In this document: in pieces, positions 1-12,481 of the stretch
Layout: every line of letters starts with the position of its first letter
How positions within the stretch are numbered: the first letter of the stretch is position 1
Origin: Octopus bimaculoides
Taxonomy: Eukaryota
DNA: 45,833 nt
Direction of reading: 5' to 3'
NCBI RefSeq assembly: GCF_001194135.2
Contig: NC_068992.1
Location: forward strand, 51,404,587 to 51,450,419
The notes under the pieces: model-generated
What the model was told of the DNA's origin: nothing
What the model saw: the letters and a program-made list of their open reading frames with translations, nothing else
Databases searched by the model: none
Position numbers and translations under genes: made by a program

Positions 1-44
<44 letters not shown>

Positions 45-988
45 TAGGCTTCTTTTCCATTTCTGTCAAACAAATTCACTAAAAAGATTTGATGTGCCCT
101 AGGCAGAAGATGCTGAAGTTGGTGCATAGTGGGGCCAAACCTGAAATTGTCTTGTTCTGCTTTATTATAATGTGATGTCTTTTTCTTATGAGGGAAAAAA
201 AAACATATGAAGGAATATTTCCATATAATTCATTTGTTTTTCTCATTTGGAATGTCCTAGTAGTTTCAGATTATGTTATTTTGCTCTCATTGGAGCTTAT
301 CAATACACCACAACTTGGGATTAGGAAACTAGATGGCCTATGTTCATTTAAATCACTTAGGAATTATATACGATCAACTTTCTTTTTGTTTTGTTTTTTT
401 TCTTATCTCTTAACAGTGGAGAAAAGAAGTGAAGAGACAGTGGGAGTGGTGCAACAAAAGCCTCAGAGTGATTTAAATTTAAAATTAATATTACACACAG
501 TATGATTGATATCTTCTATTTTCTTTACTTTTAACAGCGGAGGAGAGATGAAGAGGGAAAGAGATTGAGTGATAGAAAGATGGAAAGTCTTGTATGTGTT
601 TAAGATTTCATTCTGGGAATCATTTAAGGATCTTATTTTATTTCTCCAAATTATTCTTTTTTTTTCCAATATTTATTTACTTTGTTTGACAGTTCTTCAT
701 GTAAATTCGATTATCATTTTCTCTACAAACATACAAGTCTCTCTGTGTTTTTCTCTGGTACAAATGTGGGACCTATGGTTGGAAATGTGTCAGAGATACT
801 CTTGTTGGAAATATGCCTTTTTATCACGTCAGGATGACTTCAAATTCAACAGTATATTACAGAGCTGAAATATTCAACCTCTCAAGAATAATACTAACCA
901 TGTTTACATTCATTTTCAAGGAAATGTGTCTCTGTTTAATAGAGGGAAAAATTCTGATCCTCTCTTGTATCATTCATTTATATTCCAG

Positions 989-1032
989 AACAGCAGTGCC
1001 CCAGTATGGCTGCACCTCTCAAGCGGAAACAG
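989..1032 (+). CDS. Candidate internal exon, unidentified gene (low confidence)
   Basis: tattccag|AAC...CAG|gtaaaa; 44 nt, open in all three frames (e.g. NSSAPVWLHLSSGN). Splice signals only, no homology recognised. Confidence 0.25.
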
Positions 1033-1695
1033 GTAAAAGAATAAAAAAGAGAGAAAGAAAAAGGAAATACTGAATCATTACAGAGCTGGCCTTTTGCTTT
1101 GGAAATTTTCAGCAGGATTTTAAGAGATTAATATCATAAACATTGTAAATGGAGTTTATCTGGTAAATAGATTCTAGAGAGGACTAGAAAACAAAGCAAG
1201 TAGTGTCTAATATGAAGTCTATATGAAGAATATTGTTTGCAATTTTGTTTGAGTTAAAATTTTCCAGGATATCAATTTGATTTATGTTCCAAGTTTATCC
1301 GAGCATAAACTTAGGAAAATGTAATATCGGAATAGCATATTTTCTCTTTTAGTTAGGCTAAATCCAACAAATGTTTTCAAGAAATGCAATTCTTTGATCT
1401 TTTAAGATATAGATCCATGTTAAAGTTAGTTTGAAATCCTTATTAACGTCGGTGTTCTTCCCTGTACGTAAGACGTTGATCATCTTATTAATGTGGTTAA
1501 ATATTAATGTATTTTCTTTATGTTTAGATTTTTTAAGAGTTAAAAGTAAATAAAAAATACTGGTCCAGAAGCAAACTTCTCATTTCTCCTCTAATCTCCA
1601 TCATCATGTCCCATCCCCACCAGGCCCTGCAACAACGACTCTGCTCTATCTTCCTTTGCAGAATGCCAGCCCTCTGGAATTAAGCCTCTACTCAC

Positions 1696-1741
1696 ATTCC
1701 CCACAGGATGGGGATGGGCACTTCCTTATCATCCTCCAAAT
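1696..1741 (-). CDS. Candidate internal exon, unidentified gene (low confidence)
   Basis: Minus strand: long T-rich tract ...tttcctag|ATT...AAT|gtgagt; 46 nt, open as LEDDKEVPIPILWG or IWRMIRKCPSPSCGE. Confidence 0.3.
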
Positions 1742-1866
1742 CTAGGAAATAAAAATATAAAAAATAAAAATGAATTTATTTCAAAAATATATCTTAGCAG
1801 TTTGTATCACGAAGCCTGTTTAATACCCTCAGGAAGATTGGGTTCATTTTTAACTATTTATGTCTG

Positions 1867-2315
1867 TGCTGGTATGGTCATGTGATGCATATGGATGAGG
1901 TCAATTGCATAAAGAGTGATGACCTGTAACTGTGCAGCAAACCTGTGGAAGAGTTAGACCCAGGAAAACGTGAGATGATATGATGAAATGTAATATTCAG
2001 ATGTTGAGCCTCAGGGAGATGATGACAAGTGATTGAGACTTTTGGCAGTTTGTTGTGCTTGAGAAGACACACCAAACTAAGTGAAATTGTGGTTGTGGCC
2101 AATGCTGAAGACACAAGAAAGGCACCTGTGCCGGTGACACATAAGAGACACCCAATACACTCTGTGGAGTGGTTAATATTAGGAATGGTACCCAGCCATA
2201 GAAACCAAGCCAAAACACACTGGAGCCCAATGCAGCTCTCTAGCTTACCAGTTCTAGTCAAACCATCTTACCCATGCTAGCATGGAAAATGGATGCTAAA
2301 CGATGATGATGATGT
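1867..2315 (+). mobile_element. RTE-clade LINE 3' fragment (decayed ORF C-terminus, 3' UTR, (GAT)n tail)
   Basis: Translates WYGHVMHMDE (RTE C-terminal RWYGHV motif), then degenerate GRGRP..LEK region, 3' UTR ending catggaaaatggatgctaaacgatgatgatgat. Confidence 0.8.
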
Positions 2316-2964
2316 TTGTAAACTAGAATTTCAGGCTATGGTGCAGTTAAATAAATTTGTTTTACCAAAATTGAAACAAACTTATCAACTATTAAAAGGA
2401 AGACAAAAAGTTTTGCACCGACTGTTGTGGAGAAGGTTTATGTTCTACTCAGGAAACAACAAATTCTGAGAATATATATTTTATGGGTATTATGTAGTCT
2501 CTTAATGTATATGACACTAGATAGCTCACTGAGATAATATAATTTTGAAGTAAAGTATAAATAAGTTCGTAGTTTACATTATATTGATATCTTATCTGAT
2601 TTAATATCCTTACAATTTGTTTAATGCCATCAAAATCTGATTACGTTTGTGTTTCTATGCTGTCTGTTCTTGTCTGTTAATGATAAGTATTTCAAAGAAC
2701 CAAACACTGAAGTAATCAGAAAACTGAGAAACTACTTCAAGTCAGGTTCCTCTCATGTGAGAATTGTCAATTGTGCTGTGTATAGGAATTGGTAAAATGC
2801 TTCTTGGAAAGCTTGTTCAAAAATATAAAAGCAACATCTAATTGAGCAAACGAATCTTGTGTGTCACAATAATAGTGAAAGCGTAAAACTTTCTGGCTGA
2901 AATCTGGGATATTTATTTAGTAATCCAAGAAACTTCATAAAGGGGTCTTGTTGCTATTGTCCTT

Positions 2965-2988
2965 ATCATCATTGTTGTCATTGTCATC

Positions 2989-3019
<31 letters not shown>

Positions 3020-3079
3020 ATATCATCCACCTCCTCCTCCTCCTCCTCCTCCTCCTCCTCCTCCTCCTCCTCCTCCTCC

Positions 3080-3124
<45 letters not shown>

Positions 3125-3126
3125 AT

Positions 3127-3157
<31 letters not shown>

Positions 3158-3188
3158 ATATCATCATCATCATCGTCATCCTCATCAT

Positions 3189-3220
<32 letters not shown>

Positions 3221-3250
3221 TTATTAGTATCATCATTGTTGTTGTTATTT
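2965..3250. repeat. Compound trinucleotide microsatellite (CAT)n/(CTC)n/(CAT)n/(CAG)n
   Basis: Directly visible; explains the poly-M/R/S ORFs at 2913-3385. Confidence 0.95.
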
Positions 3251-3264
3251 AGCCTTAAGTCAGT

Positions 3265-3610
3265 CGTCCTGATTGTGCAGACCTATAATCAGACACATTC
3301 AGCTAATGACCATCTTGACCTTTATTTAGATATTGAGTACCTAGGACTACAGTACAGTGTGTCTCCTTCTCATTATTGTTGTTAAGCCCCAGATCGATCC
3401 GGATGCAGTGGAATTATGATTGTAGGTGCTCCAGCATGATAAAACAGTCTTTTATTCAGACATGGTGTATCTAGGACTACATTGCATAAAGAACTTTTCT
3501 TAACTGCTATTTCATCCCAAATTAGTTCTGATCCTGTTGGCCTATTATGAAAGGGATTCCAGCAATCACCATTCTGTCTTTGTTGATGAATGTGACTGTT
3601 ATTTCAGATT
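3265..3610 (+). repeat. About three degenerate tandem units of an unclassified dispersed repeat
   Basis: Recurring core gacctat..a..(g)attccagc...gaccat..tgtctt; related cores at 9285-9760 and 28105-28220. Confidence 0.45.
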
Positions 3611-4479
3611 TGATTATTAATTAGGTCAAACAACCTCGTGGAAGTTTTGTCATTAGCTTATTTTTCATATTTTCTTTTTAAAAAATAATTAGGTAATTTC
3701 TAGCAGAAAATAATAAACAAGAAAAAATTACTTGGATATCTAGATACACATGTATTTAGGGAAATAAGAAAGTAAGTGGATTAACAAAAGATGGAACACA
3801 AAATAGCAATGATAAAGATTACATTCCAAATCTTTCTGAAGTCAAACATTCAGTAAAAGCATAATTAAGAGTGAAAAAAATGTTGGAAAGAATCAAGAGA
3901 TAAATCCTCTTTAATCCTCCATTATCTCAACCACATCTATTTATGTACAAAACATCAGACATTGAAGAAAGATAATAAACAAAGCATTTGTAAGCTTTGA
4001 AATGGCCATTTTCTCTTCAGATAAATTCTGTCTTGAGCAGGTCATATGGAATCACCTTTATGCTATTGTAGAGATTATTCAGAACCCTTATGGCATTCTT
4101 TGCTCCTGTGCAAAAGATACCAATCTGAGAGAGAGAGAGGAGGAGGAGATTTCAAAAATGAGTTTTAAAATAGCTACCAAAGTTAGCGGTACAATTAATT
4201 TTCAAGGTTCTGCCAATTACAAATAAGTTTTTCTAATTCATTGGGGATACAAAAAAATTTAACAAAAGAAACATTAAACTCATCTTGTTTTGTGTTTCTT
4301 TCTCCTTTCTTTTTCCTCTTTTTCCTCAGGTTTTTGTATTTTATTATTTTTTCTTGCTCCTTTATGTTTTTTTCTTTGTTTATTTGTAGACGGGTCATTA
4401 TATACCATCCTCAATCTGTCATGGTTAAACAGTTTTATAAGGACATTGAAATTAATTAAATCATTATCACCACTTTCAT

Positions 4480-4665
4480 CATCATTGTAATCATTGTTAT
4501 CATCATCAACATCACCATCATCATTTAATGTCCGTTTTTCATGCTGGCATGGGTTTCGGTTGTTTGAAAGGATACAATAAACTGCAGGGCTTTACTGAAC
4601 TCCAGTGTCAGCTTTGGCCTGTTTTCTGTTGCTGGACGCTCTTTCCTAAACTCATCCACTTTACA
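4480..4665 (-). mobile_element. RTE-type 3' tail fragment (SINE or LINE)
   Basis: catcatcatttaatgtccgtttttcatgctggcatggg is the reverse complement of the tail at 2270-2315 and 21330-21375. Confidence 0.75.
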
Positions 4666-6323
4666 AGTGAATATTGGGTGCTACATGCCCTTTTATTTAT
4701 ATGATTTTTTTCATTTCATGTTTATTCCATTCATTGTTTGCAATGTTCTCTCCCACACACACACACACTGCAAAGCTTGCACATGGGCTGCTGAACTGCA
4801 ATTTCTATGTTGCTTTGAGGAGAAAGTAAAACTTGACAAACCACTTTCCCCCTCTGTAGTTGGACTAACTTGATGTTTGTTTAAAAATGAGATATTATGA
4901 CTAAGATAAAATAATGAGAGCAATATTTACTACGAAAGTGAGCATTATTATACAAAGAAATAATTAGGTATAAAATATCAGATAAATTATTAGAACTAGG
5001 AATCAAATGTGAAAATATTATCAATGACTTGGAGAAAACTGCCCAGAGGGTGATCTTCTTGCTAGTACATATAATAGATATATGCAAACAAACACATATG
5101 TATATGCTACACGTTTTTAGGCATATATATACATATAAAAAGGATTATTTATTTGTATACACACCCCTAAGTATCTATCTTCTGAATACTGGAAGACCCT
5201 ATGTATTAAATATTCAACTATAATGTAGTATCATGTAATTATATCTCTATATGTATAATTATTTTATAAATAACATTACATCATACAGTACATAATTTAC
5301 TATTAAGTAGAATCATATAATCAACAATCTTTGTATAACTGAAATTGAAATAATTAAAATAATCAATTAATCTTTTTTATTGCTATATAATTAGATAACC
5401 TTCTTTATATATAATCTTGATGTTCTTTAAATAAAACATAATTTGATGATGTAATACACCCAATCTATATTAGGCAGCCACGTAATATGCAATTTTTTTC
5501 CCTCTTGGCATTAGGAATCTACAAGTAACAATATAACTGCTAATGTTAATAATCTTGATTAATTTTAATTAATATCATAAAACTATTAAAACTAATTATT
5601 ATTATTTTTGCTTGATTTTTTAAAATATTAAATATATGTCATATATCTAATAATATATTTATACTCATTTGCACATATTCATATAACAGATGTATATTAA
5701 AAAATGCATATACATACACTATGTGTTAATAGAAGTATATGTACATATATATAAATAATACATATTTTTAATGGTTATCCTCTTCAAATTAAACTACATA
5801 CACACATACATAATCAAATCTATCTAATTTGATAAGATTTTATAATGATAAATGCATAGAGTGTAATATGCATTGATTATGTAAACCAATAGAAATTTAC
5901 ATAGATAATGTTTTATTTTTACTTTTCATTACTTTATATTGTTTATTATTATTTGTGTTTTTATTTTTATTTTTTACCCATTATACTATATTTTTGTTTT
6001 CTAATATTATTTTTTTAATTATTAGCATATACCTGCAATGAAAAAATATATTTCTTAATTTTCTTAGTCTACTGATAAAATCCAATCCATTAACATGTAA
6101 CTCTTCCTATTGTACTCTAGCCCTGACGAGATTCTGCCCAATATTATTCAAAATACTTTTCCATTCTAATCTTTGGGCTTATTCCAATCTTTGAATTTGC
6201 AATTACATATTCGACTGAATTGAAGCGTTGAAACGTTCGTAAGCTTTATTTGGTAGTATGTTAATAAATTAATTTTATATCCTTACCAACTCTCCAGTCT
6301 TCTTCAATCATACATACATATAT

Positions 6324-6365
<42 letters not shown>

Positions 6366-6829
6366 NNNNNNNNNNNNNNNNNNNNNNNNNNNNNNNNNNN
6401 NNNNNNNNNNNNNNNNNNNNNNNNNNNNNNNNNNNNNNNNNNNNNNNNNNNNNNNNNNNNNNNNNNNNNNNNNNNNNNNNNNNNNNNNNNNNNNNNNNNN
6501 NNNNNNNNNNNNNNNNNNNNNNNNNNNNNNNNNNNNNNNNNNNNNNNNNNNNNNNNNNNNNNNNNNNNNNNNNNNNNNNNNNNNNNNNNNNNNNNNNNNN
6601 NNNNNNNNNNNNNNNNNNNNNNNNNNNNNNNNNNNNNNNNNNNNNNNNNNNNNNNNNNNNNNNNNNNNNNNNNNNNNNNNNNNNNNNNNNNNNNNNNNNN
6701 NNNNNNNNNNNNNNNNNNNNNNNNNNNNNNNNNNNNNNNNNNNNNNNNNNNNNNNNNNNNNNNNNNNNNNNNNNNNNNNNNNNNNNNNNNNNNNNNNNNN
6801 NNNNNNNNNNNNTATATATATATATATAT

Positions 6830-6915
6830 ATTCTTTCAGCTTCTGTCTATGAAATCCACTCACAAGGGTTTGGTCAGCTCAAGGCTATATTAGAAGACAC
6901 TTGCCTAAGCACCAT
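6830..6915 (-). mobile_element. tRNA-head SINE fragment abutting (TA)n and assembly gap
   Basis: aatccactcacaagggtttggtcagctcaaggctatattagaagacacttgcc matches the head of full copies at 27637-28068 and 33060-33530. Confidence 0.75.
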
Positions 6916-7180
6916 ACCCTAGTTGCCAAATTTCATTCATTTGTACTCAACATCATTATATGGGCAGCTGCAATATTTATTAGTCAAAGTATTGCTTTGA
7001 AATTAAGAATATTGACCAGTGGCTAGCTGCAAGACCATAACATAAGATACACTAAGGACTGGACTAATATTTCACATATCACCCTTTGATGATAACTAGT
7101 TGATTCATATAGATCATGCACCATTGCATACTGATGTGAGATTCATCCATCTGCTTAAGATAAGCAGAGGTATGCCTAAA

Positions 7181-7625
7181 GGTGTAGGTATGGTTGGGTG
7201 GTGTGGTTAAGAAGTTCTTTTCCCAATCCCATGGTCTCAGTTTCAGTCTCAATGCATGGGACCTTATATTTCTGAATCCTCCAAAATCTTGTGAGTGCAT
7301 TTAGTAGAGAGGAACTGGAAAGCTTATAGCCTACATACACTCACACTCATGTATAATCATGCATGTGTATATACTATATATGTATCTGTGTTCAGATTTT
7401 TGTCGTTTTGTTTGATTTTGCACTCAACAAAAGTTGTGTAATTTGAACAGTGCTGTTGTCATCATTTCTCCTGCTAGATAATTGTCAAAATATTTCTTTC
7501 TTGAAAAACAGATAAGTGTTAGTGACAGGAAGGGCATTCAGCTGTAAAGCAATGATTCAATAGTATACTTGTCTAACCTATGCAAGCATGGCCAAACAGA
7601 AGTAAAAAGAATGAATTGATGAATT
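7181..7625 (+). mobile_element. Degenerate full-length SINE, tRNA head plus RTE-like tail
   Basis: Head ggtgtggttaagaag...cccaatcccatggt; internal TA/CA-rich tract; tail gacaggaagggcattcagctgta...gcaagcatgg. Confidence 0.7.
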
Positions 7626-7959
7626 ATTTTATGAAATATGTGTATATAGTTAGAATTTTATATTAAACAAATGTACTTCTATGAAATAAGCAGATTAAAT
7701 ACAATTATTTAATTGGATTTTAGTTTTTATTGCAATTAAGTAGCTGAAATAAAATACATTTGCTTCAGAGAAGAAAATTGAATTGATGTTTATTCTGTTA
7801 TCCAAATTCTTGCAATGGGGATTTTTACAATATACCAAAGGTTTCTCAATATAAAGAAGAAACATGGTAAAACTCTTTATTAGAAATCAGAAGTACTTAG
7901 ATTCAATCAACATCACTGAATATGCCCCATAGACAATGAAGCATGCTGTTACAATTACC

Positions 7960-8085
7960 ACGCTAAAATATTCTTTTACTTGTTTCAGTTATTTGACTGT
8001 GGCCATGCTGGTGCACTGCCTTTTGTCCAAGAAATCGACCCCAGGACTTATTCTTTGTAAGCCTTGTACTTATTCTATCAGTCTC
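7960..8085 (-). mobile_element. SINE 3' fragment (same family as 27637-28068)
   Basis: ttttacttgtttcagttatttgactgtggccatgctgg...atcgaccccaggacttattctttgtaagcc. Confidence 0.8.
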
Positions 8086-8112
8086 TTGCATAACATTTTA
8101 TTCACTCACACA

Positions 8113-8245
8113 AAGGATCTTCAGACACTGGGGCTCACTGAGGAGATAACAAGGGACTGAGACCACTGGTGATTTTGCTGTACTTGAGAAGAGCAATGTA
8201 GAATTAAAAGGAATTTTTGTTTCTGGGCTAGCCTGTCATGGTTCA
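8113..8245 (+). mobile_element. RTE LINE C-terminal fragment
   Basis: KDLQTLGLTEEITRD*DHW*FAVLEK, same segment as in 20970-21375 and 34755-35215. Confidence 0.7.
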
Positions 8246-8737
8246 GTGGTTTTTGGGACACACATACACACATACAAAAACGTGCACACATATACACACA
8301 CCATCCTACCAAACCTAGAAAATAAGGTTGCACTGCTATGGATAATATGCCTTAAGAAAGGGGAAGAATTTGCAGTTATAACTGGTGCAATTTTGACTAT
8401 AAATTTACTGAATCAGGGTTCACCTTAGGGTTGTAGTCATTATGAATAACAATAATTACAGTAACAATAGAGCATATTTTCTTGGTCAGCTAAAACTAAT
8501 TTTAATTGTGTCACATAACTCAAATTCAAGCTAAGCACCAGTTCAGAAGCAAGCAAACAGATTACATTGGGAGCAAGGAAACAAGCAGATTTTATAGAAG
8601 AGAAATAATTGCTGTATTAATTAGTAATAATTATATTCTCTATATGATTTAGCTTGTATTTTTATGTTTTCATTCATTACTATTCATTCTTTAATTATCT
8701 TCTACTTTTATCAACATTTCATATCGCCACGATTTTA

Positions 8738-8740
<3 letters not shown>

Positions 8741-8808
<68 letters not shown>
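8741..8808. repeat. (CAT)n-(TAT)n microsatellite
   Basis: Directly visible. Confidence 0.95.
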
Positions 8809-8852
8809 TGTTTTTGCGGTAAGTTTTGTGTTTTTATTCATTTCATCTCTAG

Positions 8853-8982
8853 GAAGGGGGTGCACTCAGGGGGTGCACTCATGCCCTTAACAAGGCTCTT
8901 TGAGATTGGTCAGGTCGATTCGGTTGATGTCCTTCATGATTGTGGTTTCGGTTCCGAACATAATTTATTGTCACACATCAAA
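8853..8982 (+). CDS. Candidate exon in a CpG-rich island (low confidence)
   Basis: ttcatttcatctctag|G...AAA|gtaaaa; 130 nt open frame KGVHSGGALMPLTRLFEIGQVDSVDVLHDCGFGSEHNLLSHIK. Confidence 0.3.
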
Positions 8983-10117
8983 GTAAAAGTCATTATAGCT
9001 TTTAAATGGTTATTTATTGCATTGTGTTCTATTGACTCATTTAGTTGTATCTATTAGAATCTGATAACAGGACCATTATTATCTTAATGACTGCAGCTAA
9101 TTCATTTTAGACTGTAATCAATTTTCTGATTACTTTCTAAAACTATTTAATACAAGGCATACACAGTTTCTTTTGCAATGCAAGATGATATATCATGCCA
9201 CATGGTATTTCTATAGTAAGTTGAATATATCATACCACATGTTATTTGTAAGTGTTGTTGAGGCTCATGCAGTTAGCTCTGACCTAGAAGACCTACGACC
9301 AATGGTGGATTAGGATTAGTATCATTTTGTTTCTATAAGTGACAAGATTATCACTCCTACTATGCCTCACATCATGTCCCATGTTAGCCCTATCCTAGGA
9401 GATCTATGGTTAATGGTGCTCCAGATTTGCCCACCTCATCTGTAGACAAATTTTTTTCTGACTTAGCCTTCCTTTTCTGGAAGCAGTAGAGATTGAGATG
9501 AAGGAAGTAAGGTGATTGTTTCTATAACAAGTGACCAGATAATCACTCCCACAATGCCATCATGTTCCATGTATCCCCATGTTGCCTTTGTGTAGAGTTA
9601 TGATTAAAGGCATTCTAATCATGACCATCCCCACTTTTTCTATACCAGGATCTACTTTATGTAATGAATTCTTTCTTCTTTTAAGATGGTAGAGTGTGAT
9701 TTCAAGGAGATTTAGTAGCTATCTCTATCAGGTTGAGTAATTATGTAGAATCTCCCTAGTTGGCTTGCAATGTGTAACTTCATCTTTTTGGAATGAAGTG
9801 TTTGGCTCTCTAGAAATGTTGCCAAATTGCTTCAAAAACCAGTGTTTTGTAATGGCTGATTATCATTGTGAAATAAATTTCCTACTTAAATCCAGCTGCC
9901 TTGAATACCTTAAATAAATGATGTCAGTTAATTAAGAATTTGAACATAAGTAAATGATATCTGACTTCTAGAAATAACTTCCTTTCTAAAATATTTTTCA
10001 AATCTGTTTGGTGATTATTTATGTTTAAGAAATTATGTTAAATAAATGGTTCATCTATTGTTTTACAGTCCATCGATTCTAATTTGAAATTATTAATTTT
10101 CTTTTCATTCTCTATAG

Positions 10118-10151
10118 GCTTAAGATTTTCAGTAACATAGATTTTAGGAAG
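10118..10151 (+). CDS. Candidate exon (first of a three-exon phase-consistent cluster)
   Basis: ttttcttttcattctctatag|G...AAG|gtgaga; single open frame LKIFSNIDFRK. Confidence 0.35.
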
Positions 10152-10378
10152 GTGAGAAAACACACACACACACACAAAAAAAAAAGAAAAATATGATATT
10201 CATCTCCAAGAAATTTCAGTATTTAATCTCTTGCCAATTCCCCAGTCTTCATTTTATTAACAAAATTAATGTCAAATATTTCAAATTCTTAATTTACAAA
10301 TGACAATACTAGGAATTTTAAATAATGTTGTACCAAAAATGTCATTAATTATTTTGTTCCACTTTTTAACTTTTACAG

Positions 10379-10418
10379 CAATTAAAGGGATCTTTGTTTC
10401 AAGAGAAAGTGAAAAATG
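10379..10418 (+). CDS. Candidate exon (second of cluster)
   Basis: tttttaacttttacag|CAA...ATG|gtaatt; QLKGSLFQEKVKN, phase 0 to 1, in frame with the preceding exon. Confidence 0.33.
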
Positions 10419-10671
10419 GTAATTTATCCCAGTAGTTTTATTTCTTTGTATTACTCATATATTCAAATAAGCTCATTAATCTAAAATTGGCTGTTGTAGT
10501 GAGAACATTTTCAACATCAACTCAAAATGAATGAAAGGTGTTGTCAAATGTTACTGTGTGTTTATAATTAATTAACACATTTAATCAACAAAGAAGCCTT
10601 TCTTGTACTGAATAGATATATCATGAACTGTCTCCTTCAGTATTTTCATTACTGTATTTTACTTGCCACAG

Positions 10672-10720
10672 GTCATTTTAACAGACAAAACAAAATGTTG
10701 TTATTGTCTGTCTTGCCATT
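10672..10720 (+). CDS. Candidate exon (third of cluster)
   Basis: tattttacttgccacag|GT...TT|gtaagt; (G)HFNRQNKMLLLSVLP, phase 1 to 2. Confidence 0.33.
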
Positions 10721-11413
10721 GTAAGTGTTGTAAAGTGGTCTTTTGCCACTGTTTTATCTGTCTTTTGACAATGGTTGTTGCTCTGACAGATATTGTTATC
10801 TTCCAAAGTCATCTGTAGAATGGTCCTATCTGGCACTGTACAGTGTTATTATCCTCAAAAGGTGGATCATTATACGTCCACTCCATATCACAGTATAATT
10901 ACTATATCAGCACAGACTATCAACATTCTACATGTACTCTTAACCTTCTCTACCTTCCTCTTTCGACCAGCTACTAGTATATTTATAATGGCTGACTATT
11001 GAGGGAGCTTCTTTTTCCCACTGTCCAACAGTTTACTTGGCAGCTTCATTAGTATAAATGTCAGGGGAAAAGCACCCAGTACAGTCTGTAAAATAGTTGT
11101 CATTAGGAAAGCTGTAGACACTGTGCCAAAGCAGACACTGGAGCTTGATGCAGCCCCCCCCCNNNNNNNNNNGCTTGTTGGATCCTATCAAAACATCCAA
11201 CCCAAGCTGGTATAGAAGACAGACATTATTAAATGTTGAGTTTCTTGTTTAAAAAAACCTGGGAGATACCAGTATTAGTTTAAGTCCAGTACTTGTTTGG
11301 TAGTTATTTCATTGAACCCAAAATGTTGAAAATCAGAATTGGTTTCATCAAGGTTTGAACTCAAAATATAACATAGCAGAAAGTATTTTGCCTAACATGC
11401 TAATCTGCCACCT

Positions 11414-11683
11414 TAAACCTTAAGAGTTTAAACTGGCCATATCCAGCTCAAATATTTTACCTTGATTTATGTTGAAACTGGTCAGATCCAATCTATCTCA
11501 CCTACCCTACAATGTCATTTTAACAATAAACAATCGCATCATTGAAATCTTGTATGCATGGGTGACTGCTGGTCTTCCATAAGCAACCTTGTGCTTGGGA
11601 GGGGAACTTTCTAGGTGCAATCCCATGGTCATTCATGACCAAAGTGGGGCTTTACCCTAGTGGGTTGGTATTGAAAGAGTTAA
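11414..11683. mobile_element. Possible piggyBac-like MITE remnant, internally chimeric
   Basis: Begins ttaaacctt and ends gaaagagttaa (degenerate TTAA-CCC...GGG-TTAA ends); related left end ttaaccctttc at 28756. Confidence 0.4.
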
Positions 11684-12323
11684 ACAAATGCTCTTCCAAA
11701 TTCTGTGCAGATTTCTATCACAACATAAATTGGTTACACAAAAGATATATTTTCGTATCTGAATCTGAATGAATATTGCTCATCAAGCATTATATTACCA
11801 GAAGAACTATTTAGAATAGATAAAATATTTACGAGTCTTTCAAAACATTATCTTGATTTTTTTATGTATTCTTATATTTGTTTAAATAACAAATTAAAAA
11901 GGCATAAACTTGCTACTGGAAGAGAGAAACATTAACTTCAATTAGTAGCTATCTTTTCCAACATAAACATTCAATAATGTTTATAAAATTATGAGTTTTA
12001 GAACCGACCTCAAATGCTACACTTGCTTGCAGCCATGCATATAGTTAAATACTGATTTCTTTAAAGGAAAATAAAAATAGTGATATTGCTTTGAACTGAA
12101 GATCTATGTGTGTGTATTTGTGTATTTGAAGAGAGAAAGTATATTGCTAAAATTTATGTGTATAGAAATTGTAAAGGAAATATATTTGAATGAATGTCAT
12201 GTTGCATTTAGGATTTAACAAAATGAACTTAACTGAAAATGTTGCACATCCATACATAAATATGCACACAAAACACATACATACATATAACACACGCACA
12301 CACACACACGCATATATATATAT

Positions 12324-12481
12324 ATATTGTTTAATGTACACAGTATATAGTTATGAGCTACTAATAGTTTCATACATTGAAGATATTATCTAAGCAGGTT
12401 TTCAAACATGCCTAGATAATATCTTCAATGTTTTAAACTTTTAGTACTTCATAACGATATACAGTGTACATCAAACAATAT
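12324..12481. repeat. 158-bp near-perfect palindrome (probable TA-targeting MITE)
   Basis: 78-bp arms pair without gaps at 68/78 positions around a 2-nt centre (12402-12403); TA at 12325-26 and 12479-80. Confidence 0.9.

Noticed and set aside
2913-3385. Long ORFs of poly-M/R/S, also 15401-15649, 17744-18193 and 43454-43903
   Set aside because: They are translations of trinucleotide microsatellites.
6261-6863. Long ORFs at 6261-6863, 37677-38522 and 44079-44688
   Set aside because: Open only because they run through N gaps and dinucleotide repeats.
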